The notes under the pieces were generated by a model, which was not told the origin of the DNA, did not search any database, and saw only the letters and a program-made list of their open reading frames with translations. Positions 1 through 13,500 of a DNA stretch of 64,000 nt are shown here, one piece after another; the stretch's first letter is position 1; each line of letters begins with the position of its first letter. A program made the position numbers and the translations under genes. The DNA is from Bugula neritina (taxonomy: Eukaryota; Animalia; Bryozoa), in contig OZ037766.1 of NCBI GenBank assembly GCA_964035545.1, positions 16,916,722 through 16,980,721 of the forward strand. Direction: 5' to 3'.

Positions 1-83
1 CTTAGTATAATTACCATCATATGTTTCATTATGTGTCATGACTGTATAATACATGAACTGGTTCTACTAGCAGGTACTCTATC

Positions 84-3000
84 ATGGCTAAGGGAGATTT
101 CATCAAACTAGATGAGACTACAGAGTTGATGAAAATCTCTGCTGACAAATACCGCTACAACAATCCACTATTTACTAAACCAACGGCTAAAATTTCTGAT
201 TTCAATGCAGATATCAAGCTCAAAGTCGGTAAGTTGAATTTCACTAGTAAATTATTGTTTTACAGTCAATATGTTGGACCTTTTCTCAGGCATGTTTGAG
301 AAGGTTAGGCCCAGATAATTATGGTATAATCCCAAAACATGGTTCGGGTATAAAGAGTAACACTTCTTTCAGTATTAATTTTGTCTTAATTCAAGTTTTT
401 TGGCAAAACGTATTTTCTTCAACAATTCTCTCATTTACTGTAACGGATAGCAAATATTCATACATTAAATATTATAATTAGCAGGCTAGTGGGTATTATA
501 CCGAGTCTTTCAGACAACTTTCTTCAAATGTTGTTCTTTCATACTCTTAGGCCACAGTATGCATTGGGATTGAGACAACACCAATGAACTCAAATAGTAT
601 ATGCATTATATTCATATAGACTTCTATCATGTAAACAACATTGTGTTTAGGAAATGAATACTTCAAGGTCCATAAGGCTGTCTTATCTGAAGCCAGTGTG
701 TACTTCTCAGCCATGTTCTCCCATGACATGCTGGAGAAAGATAAAGACTACATTGAGTTGAAGGGCATATCTGTTGGAGGTTTTCAAGTCATGTTGGAAT
801 ACTTTTATCATGGGCACATAACTCTTGTGCTGGATAATGTGCAGCACTGTCTTGAAGCCAGTACATTTTTTCATGTGAGTTAACAACAGCACAAATGTTG
901 AGCTAATACATTAATGTATTAGATTAATATTATGTTGATAGATATAAGTACGATAGAGCGAGGAAGATAACATACCAGGGAGTTGTCCTCTCATAATGGA
1001 CACAAACTCATGTGACTAAATAAATACTCATCAAAAGATTTTAACTGGTCAAATAACATGGTCAGTTTACTTTTAGTTGACTTGTTTCATTAAATTGAAA
1101 ATCGAAGCTGAGTCAGTGGTAAGCCACAACAGTTATCTTACCAGTTGTTCTTCTATTTTCTATAAAATATTGTATGCAAGAAAAACAGCTTCTAAATACT
1201 TGCAGGTAGAATGGCTGACTAAAGTATGCTGTGATTTTATGAAGAGACATCTTTCTGTGGAGAATTGCTTGCAGATTATTGACTTGGCTGATGCATACCA
1301 CCTTACAGGTACGCACATTCACAATGATAATCTAAAGAATCTATTTTATATTCCTGTAAAGGGGGGGGAGTGTTGCTGATACATTATTACATAATGCTTA
1401 CTCTTTCAAAATATATAACTAAATTACCAAAAATTTTTGAGATGTTAGCTTTTCTGGTATATATATCAGAGCACAAAAATACTTAATGTAATGTAATATC
1501 CCTTCTTTGTGTTGCAGCCAATTGCTGATGGGGTGTAAGCATGTCACATAAATTATTATTTGTAGTTTTTATCACTACCACTAGTATATTTTGTTATTAT
1601 ATTCATAGCCTATAGATGTTGTAGTTCATAGCATCGAAATATTTGTCTTATGACATTTAATATGGCTATATCTCATGAAGGTGTTGATTATCATTGTAGA
1701 TTTACTAGATGAAATGTACTGTTTTATTGGCCTGCATGCCAGTGCGCTGTTAGACAGTGGTAAGCTACAGCAGCTATCCTACCAGACGCTGCTACAACTG
1801 CTCTCTGCTGACTATTACATTGATCTTCCAGAAGAGCTGGTTCTTGGTCTTGTAGTGGACTGGGTGAATGAGGACTTTCAGGTCAGTATAACTGCAGTCA
1901 GCTCATTCTACAATGAGCTCGATATACTCTAGTGTTTGCCATTATATGGAGTGTTGCAAATATAAAAGTTTATTTTTACAGTTAATACTTGTATTCAGTC
2001 GTAAGTAAATTCACTAATTAATGTTATTATCACTCAACTTGAATAAACTAGCCACAATTTTAATTTATAATACAGCTTAATGTAGTTAAATAGAGAAAAC
2101 TGATCATTTTCCGTACCCACAGATTGTTTAATAGACGACTCCTTGTTTCTTGTAGTCCAGAGAGTGTGATCTAGAACAGCTGCTCATGCACATCAAATTC
2201 CACCTGTTCTTGCCGGAGCAGCTAGAAAATATCCCAAAAGACTTACTGAATATTGGGAATACTAAACAAAGAGTGGACAACTCTAAACTGCTCTGGGACA
2301 AGCCACACAAGTTAGTTTGTAAGCATAATCATGTCACAGAAAGTTTGGAGGGCAAATATTGCGCACTTGAACTTTGCTGGTAATTACTTTCCTAGCTTAT
2401 GTATCTCAAGGTTGGCTAATGTTGACTTCCAAAGATATCTAAACCTCCATACAGTTATAGTCACTATAATTCTGTATTAGAATGGCTTTTATCCGATTCA
2501 AGATGTGTGGAAATAATTTTAGTGCCCATCTTGTGTCAGGCTCAGCCTAATGGGCAACTTAATTTTTTATAATTGCACAATGTCAAGAACAGCATGTAAC
2601 GTTTTGTGCATTAAATGCAGTATAATATTAGTCTTTTGTACTGTATCTTTCTATGTAATATTTCTTTTTTTCAAGGCAATTAGTCAATTGAGTTAGTTTT
2701 GTTTTTAATGCCATATATTTGTATCTATAGTATACACTATATAGTATACACATTTAGTGGCTTCAATTCTGTAGTTGGAGTGTTCTGAGTACTGAGATCT
2801 CTGGGAGAGGAGGTAGGAATTCATTGGTGCTGCTCTCTGATTGGACAATGGATAAAATGCATATGGTTGACCTTAACAATCCCTACTTACACGAAGAGCC
2901 TCTTGGACTCCTGGAGTTTGACTCTCTATCAGACTTTGTCACACTCAGCACTCTGAGTAAGTCTCCTTACTTTCTGCTAATTTGAATTATTACTTTTTGG

Positions 3001-6000
3001 TAATTGTTTAGTGTGGTATTGGCTGGCTAAGGATAGTCAGGATGGTTACATTTCTATGACATTAGTCAACTCTATGAGCCTAAATGTTCCGATAAGTGAC
3101 CAAAGTGCAATTAGAAGAAAACTAAAAGCAAATAAAAGGAAACAACTCTTCATAATATTAAAATATGTCAAAACTCGGTTTACTTAATACTTTTTAAATC
3201 TGATTTTAACTGATTTTAATCGTTATTTCAACTATAATTGTTTTGTTGTATAATAAATTTACTGATAAAAACAAAATTAGGGAGTATTTTTACCATTTTC
3301 TTTACCCATACATCACTGCTAAATATCTAACTTGTGAAGCATTATATGTTAACAGCAGCTCAATGCTGTTTTAGATGGTTTCCTGTACTGTTTGGGGGGA
3401 TACGACACACATTTAAAAGCCCAGAACTCTGTGCTCATGTATGACCCCAGGCTAAAAATATGGATAGAGTTATCACCAATGAAGCACTGCAGGCAGAGTT
3501 TTCCTGTTGTGACTATGGACAGGAAGTTGTATGCTCTTGGTGGAGCTACTTTGTTACCAGCAGATGAAGAATCAGGAGATGACACACCTGCTAGTCTGAG
3601 TCAGTGCGAATGGTGAGTCATTCTTCTGTGATGGCTCTTTGTGTCCGGGAATATAACTAATTAAACCTTAGCTACTATTTTGCCACAATCACTTGAATGA
3701 ATAAGCTAATAAATCAAGGCATTTTAATAGAGAAAACAGTCCCAGTCTTCATATCCCTTTTGTGTCTTTTTTGATGTGCAGTCTTTATAAAAAAGCCTTT
3801 TACTGCAACACAAAGTTATACTGATGTTGGCACTGATACTCGTCACCCAAGTATTACTGTTGAATTTTAGTTACATGCCTAACCTTATGGACTCTACAAT
3901 AAAGCATCATGATCCACTATGCATTTGTACTCAAATAATAAATACAAAGGGGTAATACAGACACCCTTGAACGTAATGTAACAACTTATTATATTGACAT
4001 TCAACACTTGGATGACGTTAATGTATAGTAAGAAAACCATCATGTATTTCTTATTACATTATATATACTAAACTTGTCTTTGTTAATTATTAACTTTCAT
4101 TGATTCAATGGACTTACTCTACTAATGAATATTTATGCTATGTTAGTAGAATTTATAATATCATATAGCTATAGATTTAATGTTGTCAATTAATTTCACA
4201 TGTAAATATGCACATAAATCTGTACTAACAGTTTATGTTAGATTAGAAGAAAGTATACACCACCTTGGGTAATAGCCTTGTGATGACAGCAGCACTCTGT
4301 GTATCAGCTAATTATCTGGTGTTTGTGATTATTAATTATTATGGTAATCACCAATGCATCGGTGGATGATAGCTGCAGTAGTGTGACTGCAAAAGTAATG
4401 AATTTGATCCAACTGGTATAAATCTCCTCACACCTTGTTTTATGCAATCTTCAGTTTGTCCACATAATAAATGTGTCTACATTATATGATTGTATCTGTA
4501 AATAAATCACAACTATAAAGATAATACTGTCCATAATGTAACAGTGATACTGTGTTATTACAGAATTCTCTGTGCCAACATTTAAAAAATATTTCCCCTG
4601 AAAAATTATTCTTTTGAAGATTTCTCGAGATTGAAACATATTTTTAAATTTGTATATATTTACCATCTGTAAAATTTTAACATTTTTATACATAGCATTT
4701 GTATTGATCTAATTGGGAGCAGCCGTGGTCTAGGGGTTAGAGCATTTGCCTGGTAAACACGAAGGTCGTGGGTTTGAGCCCTGACAAGGGCCATTGGTGA
4801 TGTTAGGAAGAGCATCCAGTCATAATTGCTCCTGTGCCTCATTTAAATAAGTCCTTAGCCCGCTTTAACAAAAACCCTTTCTATCAGGGGTTTCTCACAG
4901 GGATAGTGACTATAAACTTGTGTGAGTTTTATTTGTATTGATCTAATTATACCTTATGTTTAGGTTGTATGTAATATTTTAGTTATGATCCTGAAACTGA
5001 TACATGGAGTTGTATTCCCCCATTACCATGTGGACTAACGTCACATCAAGCCTGTGTTCTTGGTGGCACCATCTATGTTACAGGAGGGGTGTGTGAAGAC
5101 CGCTCAGAACCTGTCCCAGTAAGAACATTCATTAGGCCTATTGTCTTTTGCCATTTTCTACTCTGCTGTTGATCCATTGCTATTACATGAAATATCTTGA
5201 AAATGACAAAATAATATAAATATTTGTACGCACTCTCACCTACATACTCTCACCTACTTACTCTCACATACTTACTCTCACCTACATACTCTCACCTACT
5301 TACTCTCACCTACTTACTCTCACATACTTACTCTCACCTACATACTCTCACCTACATACTCTCACCTACTTACTCTCACCTACTTACTCTCACATACATA
5401 CTCTCACCTACTTACTCTCACCTACTTACTCTCACCTACTTACTCTCACCTACATACTCTCACCTACTTACTCTCACCTACTTACTCTCACCTACTTACT
5501 CTCACCTACTTACTCTCACCTACATACTCTCACCTACTTACTCTCACCTACATACTCTCACCTACTTACTCTCACATACTTACTCTCACATACTTACTCT
5601 CACCTACATACTCTCACCTACTTACTCTCACATACTTACTCTCACCTACATACTCTCACCTACTTACTCTCACATACATACTCTCACCTACTTACTCTCA
5701 CCTACTTACTCTCACCTACTTACTCTCACCTACATACTCTCACCTACTTACTCTCACCTACTTACTCTCACCTACTTACTCTCACCTACTTACTCTTACC
5801 TACATACTCTCACCTACTTACTCTCACCTACATACTCTCACCTACTTACTCTCACCTACTTACTCTTACCTACATACTCTCACCTACTTACTCTCACCTA
5901 CATACTCTCACTCTCAACTACATACTATGTGAAAAAAATTTGCTAATAATGGGAGATTTTCTCCTAAACACAATAAGATCAACTGCCATATCTAGATATG

Positions 6001-8628
6001 TCCCTAGATGTGACTCTGTTTTCCTATTTCATTCCAATTAGTTGTAAGCTGTTTCCTGTTGACTTAATTGGATTCACTGCTAGCTATCTGGAGTGTGACA
6101 TCATTCATTACCATTAACTGATTCTGTGGGAAAATAGTGACTATCCAATGATTTTGTCAATAATGAACTCTTGGAAGATGAATTGTATTTGATTTGTGGA
6201 ACACTTGTAATGTTTCCATGGCAGTTTTTTTTATTAATGTCCTTGTATTTCTGCTTGCTAAATTTTTATCTCTTTAGTCATACTTATTTTTGCTTATTCA
6301 TTATTAAACTAATTAAAATAGTCAAATCACACTGGGAACTTTACATTAATAGTTTACACAAGTCTGAAATTATTGTAAAAGCAATGATTTTATCACCAAT
6401 ATCAAAAGTGTTTAGCCCTAAAGTAACATGGCATATCACTGATGGTATACACTGTCACCTACATAGTCTAAAATCTCAACTCTAGTGGTTAGAGCTAGGC
6501 CTAGTAAGACACACCATGGGTTCAAATCCACGTTATTGGTGATCTCAGGAATAGTATCTGGTCATAATTGCTCTTGTGCTACAACGAAAAGCCTTCAGTT
6601 TATTGCTGCTTGAATTCAGATTGGCTACACGTACTGCTGGACACCTGGTGACCAGATGTGGACCCGCAAGGCGCCCATGCTGTATCGCAGGCAATGCCAC
6701 GCCATGTTCACCCACCAGGGTAATATCTATGTGATTGGAGGCTACACAGCTGGAGATCTTGAAGACCTCAGTTTAGGTAAGCTAATCGCTCAGTAAAATC
6801 TTTCTCCCTGCAGAACCATTATATTCATAATACCTAGTCAGTTGTATTCCCATTGAGTTTTGCAAAAGAATGGGCAGCTGTTTGTATCTTCAGCCTTCGC
6901 ATAGTAAATGTCACATCTCTTTGTTTTCTCCTCTACTCTCTGTATCCTGGTATGTAATTTTGTTGACATTACCAAGGCTATCATCACACTGCTTTATCAC
7001 ATTTTATATCATGATGGTAGTGTTAAATAATAAAATGGATAGATGTAACATAATAATTGTATGATTAGTTTATTATATAACTTAGTGTGATGATTTTGTT
7101 GGTTTGATTGATTATTTACCACCTGGTTACTGGGCGTAAGATTAATGTTTTGTCCAATCAAATCGTTTGACATCTAAGAAGATTGCATATTAAACTAGCA
7201 AAAACCCAAACCTATATGTTATATTGTCTATATTTGTCTCAAAGTGGACATCCTTATGTTGACTTTATAAAGCTTTAATTTTTTTTAAATTTTTGAAATG
7301 AAATTCTAACAAATCTTTTAGTTATTTTAAGCTTAGTATTGTTCACCTTTTTGAGAAGTTGTTAGTGATATAAAGCATGAGAACCATTTCTTGCAGGTAT
7401 AACTAATTGCTTGAAGAATGAATGCTATGACCCAGAGACCGACAGTTGGGTAGAACTTGCTGACACACCCAAAGATTTTGGAGAAATTGGTCAGGCTATG
7501 ACTATTATGGATGGAGTGGCATATTTCTTAGGTATAAGCAAAGTTCCATCAACTTCTGCCCTATCGTCATACGCTTTTTACGTAGTTTAATGGTTTTGAT
7601 GGAGTAGTGACTTTGATATTTTCTTTACAAACTCGAAAAATTGTATTTTAAACAAAATGATTCAAAATTGAATAACAACCATTTGTAAGAATCAAATGCA
7701 AGTCAGCTGTAACATTAGAGCTTCTGACACAGATATGATATAATTAAGAAACACATGGTTGGCATAGTAAAGAGAACTGGGTCAAAGCATCCTTAGTTGT
7801 AAATCTTCAAATTTCTAATAGAATTTTAGGCTTTCCCTGTTCAGGATCTCTAATAACTAACAGGCTGTGGAGTTATGTATGCTGTTGCAAAATCTCATTT
7901 TACATATTCATATTCAGGTTTCCCTTGATGCATTATACTATTCATCTCATCATCTATGCTAAGTGAGATGATAGACTACTAGAACATAGCTATGCAGCAT
8001 ATAATTACTCCATATGTAGTACTACATGCAAGATAGATAGGAAGTTAGTTATCCAAGAGGGGAAATATTACTGGCTGGTTGCTAGCTGTTCACTTCCTCT
8101 CTGATTATTGTCAAGGACATTATGATGTAACTTTTGTCGTAGGTTAGATTTAGTTAGCCAGAAAATGCCAAGAGTTTATTTTATATATATTTATATCATT
8201 ATGTCATTTCAGTTAACTCCATTTATTATTTTCATTCAAATGATTTGCTCTTAGATATATTCAGAACTGGAATTATTGTTAACAGCCCTCCACTGATAAA
8301 TGGTGTTATAAGTATGCATGTAAGTATAACTGGTAGATGAACAATAATTCAGCTATGGTGGGCCTTCTGATATGACTGCTATTCACTAGTACATGTTGCA
8401 GGTGGAAGTGTGGGCCACAGGTGTCTTCACGAGTTTCATCTGGACTCTGGGAAGTTTGTAGAAGGTGCTTTCTGTGGAAAGAATTTGATACAATTGACTA
8501 AATTAAAAGCCTATTACCCTAAGCATGTGCCCAGTGATGCTTCCAAACTAGAAACAAACTACAGTCTATCGGAAGAAATTGATGAAAAGCTGCATACTAT
8601 TGGGAGTCAGCCAGAAGTGTGTGAATGA
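84..8628 (+). CDS. Kelch-like protein (BTB-BACK-Kelch, probable CUL3 substrate adaptor), 11 coding exons, ~627 aa
   Basis: Exons with GT-AG boundaries and matching phases: 84-228, 651-874, 1206-1308, 1700-1881, 2156-2310, 2775-2956, 3375-3612, 4983-5118, 6620-6776, 7397-7531, 8402-8628 (1884 nt). BTB: DIKLKVGNEYFKVHKAVLSEASVYFSAMF...LEYFYHG. BACK: LSVENCLQIIDLADAYHL...EELVLGLVVDWVNED. Kelch GG motifs LYCLGG, LYALGG, IYVTGG, IYVIGG, AYFLGG with YDP...W segments. The acceptor at 68-73 implies an upstream exon outside the window. Exact KLHL orthologue not assignable by eye. Confidence 0.92.
4715..4930 (+). mobile_element. tRNA-derived SINE, full-length copy with 18 bp target-site duplication
   Basis: Starts gggagcagccgtggtctaggggttagagc (A-box-like), ggtttgagccc (B-box-like). 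Perfect flanking direct repeat atttgtattgatctaatt at 4697-4714 and 4931-4948. Homologous copies at 6478-6585, 58808-58995 and 59596-59808. Confidence 0.85.
5232..5916. repeat. 14 bp minisatellite, ~48 copies, consensus c[c/a]tac[t/a]tactctca
   Basis: Directly visible tandem array in Kelch intron 8. The + strand has no G. Variation is confined almost entirely to two positions. Confidence 0.97.
6478..6585 (+). mobile_element. Degraded partial copy of the tRNA-derived SINE
   Basis: tctagtggttagagc...ggttcaaatcc...attggtgatctcaggaa...gtcataattgctcttgtgc matches the 5' half of the 4715-4930 copy. Confidence 0.65.
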
Positions 8629-9325
8629 ATGAGCATGGAGTCATATGGTACTTTGCTATGCAATACTTAAGTGCTCACAACTGTTTGTTATTGAATAAGT
8701 TTAGTCTTATTTATCCATTATTTTTCCCTTGAGTAAAGTGTCAAGTATGAATTCTTGCTCTTACTGGATTCACTAACAAATTCCAGGTAATATGAAATAT
8801 TGCTAATATGTCATGCTGATACATTCTATTTAACATATATTTGTATTGTGATTGAGATTATAGTAGTTTTATAAGCTGCATAATTTCCCTCTAGTTAGCC
8901 CAGTTTCTTCAATCTACCTGTATTCACCACCTCCCCCCCTCTCCACCACTACATTTATTCATAGATCTGAAGTTTCAAACTTATTTAAGTAAATTTATGT
9001 TCAAGAATATTTTACAGTCTACTCATAAAATCACTTGTCCTGGTTGGTCAATTCTATAGAATGAAAATTTTCTCTACTTTGTTTGCAAAATTTTCTCTTT
9101 TATATAAGAATGTTATTTAATTTATTTTCATTTGTTATGAGCTTTGAATTTTGATCCTATATCTAATACTGCTGCTTCACTTTCTATATAGCATTTTATG
9201 AGCTACCCTATGTACTGTATACCTCTTTTTCATACTCATTTGTAATCTAGTCATTTACCCAGAAAGCAAATATTCACAACTTTGTTGTATTTTAGTCAAA
9301 TTCTTTGATCTTTTTCAGAGAATGG

Positions 9326-9342
9326 AAAATAAACTTTATTTT
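9326..9342. terminator. Candidate bidirectional polyadenylation signal (AATAAA-c-TTTATT)
   Basis: aaaataaa c tttatttt gives AATAAA on + at 9328-9333 and on - at 9335-9340, between the convergent Kelch and LZTS stop codons. Confidence 0.4.
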
Positions 9343-10580
9343 ACATTTCATAAAGACTCATTTGTCATCCTCACTTAATGTTTCCTGTTGCAATATAATA
9401 TTTGCTTTATGATTTTATTGCACAGAATGTCAATCAACATCTATAGAAAACATTTGTTATTCAGCTAGCATTAGGTTACCATATTATTAGCAAATTTTGA
9501 GTAGAATTTAGGATTCATAGCAAGTTTAAAACTTATCAATCAGCTCATCGACAAAGTCGTTAATTAACCTTCAAAAATATGTTTTAGTTCTCAGAGCTCC
9601 ATATATGACTGCTACATGCCCAAGTGTTTCTAAATTATGTTTGCAAATAACTTCGCACTTTTCAGTAAAAAATGGTTGTTGAGAGAAGTTTTATTAGTGC
9701 TTTTTGAGCACTTTATGGTTTGAAATTGCTGAGAGAAATTGAAAACATTGTGAAAAATAAACACTATATACAAATGTATACAAATTCAATATTTAATGCA
9801 GTCTCAATCAAGCGCCCTATCAGTGGCCGATAATAAATGGTCCATCAACGTTAACCAAACAAACTCTTATTTTTCAAATATAGTACTTAACAATGAAAGT
9901 TGCCAATATTTGATCATACTAAGATATTGTAATAAGTTGTTTTATAAGTTTGTTTTACTATTGGACTCCTGACTAAATGCTGGGCCAACACTAATAGAAG
10001 AAGATAGGCAACTCTTGTAACATTCTGGAACTTCTACCATAAGTTTAAAGAGCCAAAAGTTATATAACAGGAAAAACTGTAGGTTGAAGTTTAGTTATTG
10101 CAATCAGTGCAGATGTTGGCAAGGAGGTCAATTAAATCAGAACTAGCCATGTGTCAATATGTGATACCGTGATGAGTTATCACCCCTGACTAAAATCAAT
10201 ACAAAACTGCTAGAATATGTAAATGATATATTATTATCTTATCGGATTATCAATATGATTAGAGAAGCTAAAGTTTATATTTACAGAGTATAGAATACAG
10301 AATATTGACAATTGAAGACAGAATAAAATTAAACTCTATAAAACTTTAGACTGAGTTATCAGGTTAGATGAAAGGAAGAATAAATACAACATAGAACATG
10401 ATACCAATCTAATAGACAGCACCAGCACACAGCTAATATAACACCTGTACAACTTGCTATAAAGTAACATGGTATATAAAAGAGTATAAATATACTAGTA
10501 ATTATCTTGGTTGGCTCTGAGATGAGAATTGAGTAAAGAAAAGTTGGTGCACTACTATAATTCAATATGTAACATGTTAT

Positions 10581-13500
10581 TTAACAAAGGGATTCTGGTG
10601 TAGATTCTAATTGAGCCTTAAAACTAGTCTTTTCTTGTGGTTTAAGATGTCGATAAGGCGTTTGTTTTTCTACAGTAAAGTTATTATTGAGAGGCCGACC
10701 TTGAGAAATGTATCCTTCCAGCTCACTGTTACGACGGCACATTTGAATGTAGTTAGATTGCAATTGTTTTTGATATTGCAGAACTTTCTTCTTTTCTTGC
10801 TCCCATAACTCTCGGTCATGATTAAATTGCTCACGCTCTGCTTCAATTGCTAAGCTTTGCTCAGCTAACAACTTTTCAAGTTTTTGTATTTCTTCATTTC
10901 CTGGTTCTTGTTGTTTTTCATACTTTTTTAGAATTCGGCATTTTTCATCAAGTTCATTATTTAGATTCATATTTTCAGCTTTAATTACTGTCACTAATTC
11001 TTCCAGATTTTGTACTTGCTCAATTTTCCCCTGTTCCTTTGCTCGAATTAACTCTTTTTCTCGAGTCAGGCCTGTAAGTTGGCTAGACAACTCATCATTT
11101 CTTAAGTGCAACGATTTTAATTGTTCTTGAGCCTGGAAATTATTATCTTTCAGGGAAAGGAGTTGTTCTCTTTCAGATGACAACCTTTGATTATCTTGCT
11201 GTAACTTCTCAATTTGAGTTTGCATTTCTTTTTCTACTTTAGCAGCCCGGTCTTGCTGTAGCCTCAAACGTCTATGGTATTCTGTCGTCACATCTTTCAT
11301 TTGACTCTCCCAATTGATTCTTCTCTCCTCGCTCACTTGGAAAATCGCCTTTTCATTTGTCTCCATTGTTTGTCTGAGAATTGTCAGCTCTTTCTCTTTT
11401 TCTAGTAAAAGCTGCTCATAGTGAGCTGCACCAATGTCCGTTGGCGATGGCGTCACCTGGTAACAATCTGGAACTTTCTGTTCCCTAGGATGACTGGATT
11501 CAAAAGAGTCCAAAGGCGTCTCATAAATATAGCAATCTCTCATAGTGCCATTGTGACTGCACGACCTGCTTTCCTGAGACACGTAACCGTCATCTATGTG
11601 TGGCTTTTCGTAGGTATAAGTCTCTGGACTATGACTACTGTAGCTGTTTGAGGAACTCTTCACCACTGGTTTGAATGCTATAGGTCTCACCACAGCTCTC
11701 CCAGCATTCTGAAAATAACATTATGTAAAAGCATTATCTGTCTGCTGTCATTTTATGTATTTAGTTGATATACTTATGTAAAAACAAAATGAAGCTCCCT
11801 CTCCCATCCAAGAGCTGTCATTATTTAGTGTACAGCATAATAATGAAATTAATTGAAGGCCTTGCAAAGGAGTTTGTAATTTAATAAACTATCAATTGCC
11901 CTGGTGACAAGTTCGCCTTGGGCTATAAATAAACAAGACTAAGTAATAGTGACATGCAAAATGTTTTACACTATAATTTTAGCTGCAATAAAATACCCAA
12001 CTTCACAAGTCCCTAACTCTACTCAAAATGAGTCACCCTGAGTAAAGCTCCTGTTTCAGTGCAAGTCAACATTGTTGAACAAAACACTTTCTAATGACTA
12101 TTACTCTGTAGTCTATAACTACATAATAATTTAAAATAAATTATTAAAAATGAAATGTTATTTACTTAGAAATTAGCAGTATAATGCATCACCCCATTTG
12201 AAGAAGCGTTCGTTATTATAACATTGAGCATACTAATTTAAACATGACTGCAGCTGTATGTAGGACAAAAGGCAGGGATGTTTATGTATTATTATTCCCA
12301 CAAGATAATCTTTACAATTAGTTGAAAAATCATGCACAATCCAGTCTGGAGTTCATTAATTTTGTATCTCAACAAAATAAGCTTGATGCTAAGATGGCTT
12401 TAGTAATTGCTATATCATGCATAAATGACAACATTAGTCACACACTGAGAACAAAAACCCCTTAGATTAAATAATGCATCAAAATAACAATCTCACTGCA
12501 AATTAATTGAAATGGAGACAGGATACCAGTAGATAAAAAGCTGCCTAAGTGCACTGGAGACGATATGTTGTGTAGAGATCAAGAAGGAAATGACTTTCTA
12601 TTGAAGTAGATAAAAATTTATTTACTCCATAAAAAACAGGTGATTTTTAGCAAAGTTGAATAGTTAACAAAAGCTGTATCATCCCACATGCTATTTTTCT
12701 AATTACTAACCATCTCACCACATTATTAATAAATCTATATCTAAAACTACCACTTTAGACCATCTGCCAACCTCTCAAGTGCTCCTTTATGAACTTTGCT
12801 ATAAATTCTAATTTTAAACTATTAATTCATTATTAGTATAAACTTAAATCCAAAGGCTATAATGACTTATGGAGGGCGGTCACATATGATTGTGCCAAAA
12901 CACTTCAGTGCAACAAGAATCCAACCATCACTGTCTTTTCACTGCGATCAACTCGAGTGCTCTTGAAAAGCAAAAAACTTTTTCCATTTACTTTGTTTGC
13001 TCAGATTACAAGTTGATAAGAGACAATGAAAAGCAAACAAAGACCCTCCATCCAGACAACCCAGTCAGGTTTAGTAACTTTTGAGTAATCTCATCTAGCT
13101 CTGCATTCTACACTCCTGAAGTAACCAAGTGTGTAGATTGATTAACAATTGAACAGCTAAATTTGATTCAGAAGAAATAGGTTTTGTCTCTAGACCTAAA
13201 GCTACTTCAACTGGAACTTTAGATTATGTTGTAATTTCGAAGAAATATCTGGAATTTGAAATGTAGACTATATTGACCTTATATATCATGATGAAACAGC
13301 AAAAAGCTAACATAAATCTAATTGTATAAATACTCACTAACTCTCTTCCATCCATTCATCAATAAGCTCAACATTGATGTGACTAGCAAATTATTAATAT
13401 TTGGTTTTACTACAATAACAGACTTGCTACCTCTAGCAAGCATTGAAGCTTGGTAAATAATGCTAAACAAATTAGAAAACTTTCAACTACATTATCAAAA

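Noticed and set aside
4715-4790. Functional tRNA gene
   Set aside because: Poor stem pairing, continues into a shared non-tRNA body, is flanked by a TSD and occurs as diverged dispersed copies, so it is a SINE head.
5232-5916. CRISPR-like or telomeric array
   Set aside because: No unique spacers, eukaryotic context, and the unit is not TTAGGG/TTAGG.
5224-5946. 240 aa ORF with 14-residue periodicity
   Set aside because: Translation of the G-free 14 bp minisatellite, which cannot form TAG or TGA and lacks TAA. It lies inside a Kelch intron.
10611-11651. Plus-strand ORFs overlapping the LZTS terminal exon (and similar antisense ORFs over Kelch, NFU1 and TE exons)
   Set aside because: Shadow ORFs of real coding sequence with no independent features.
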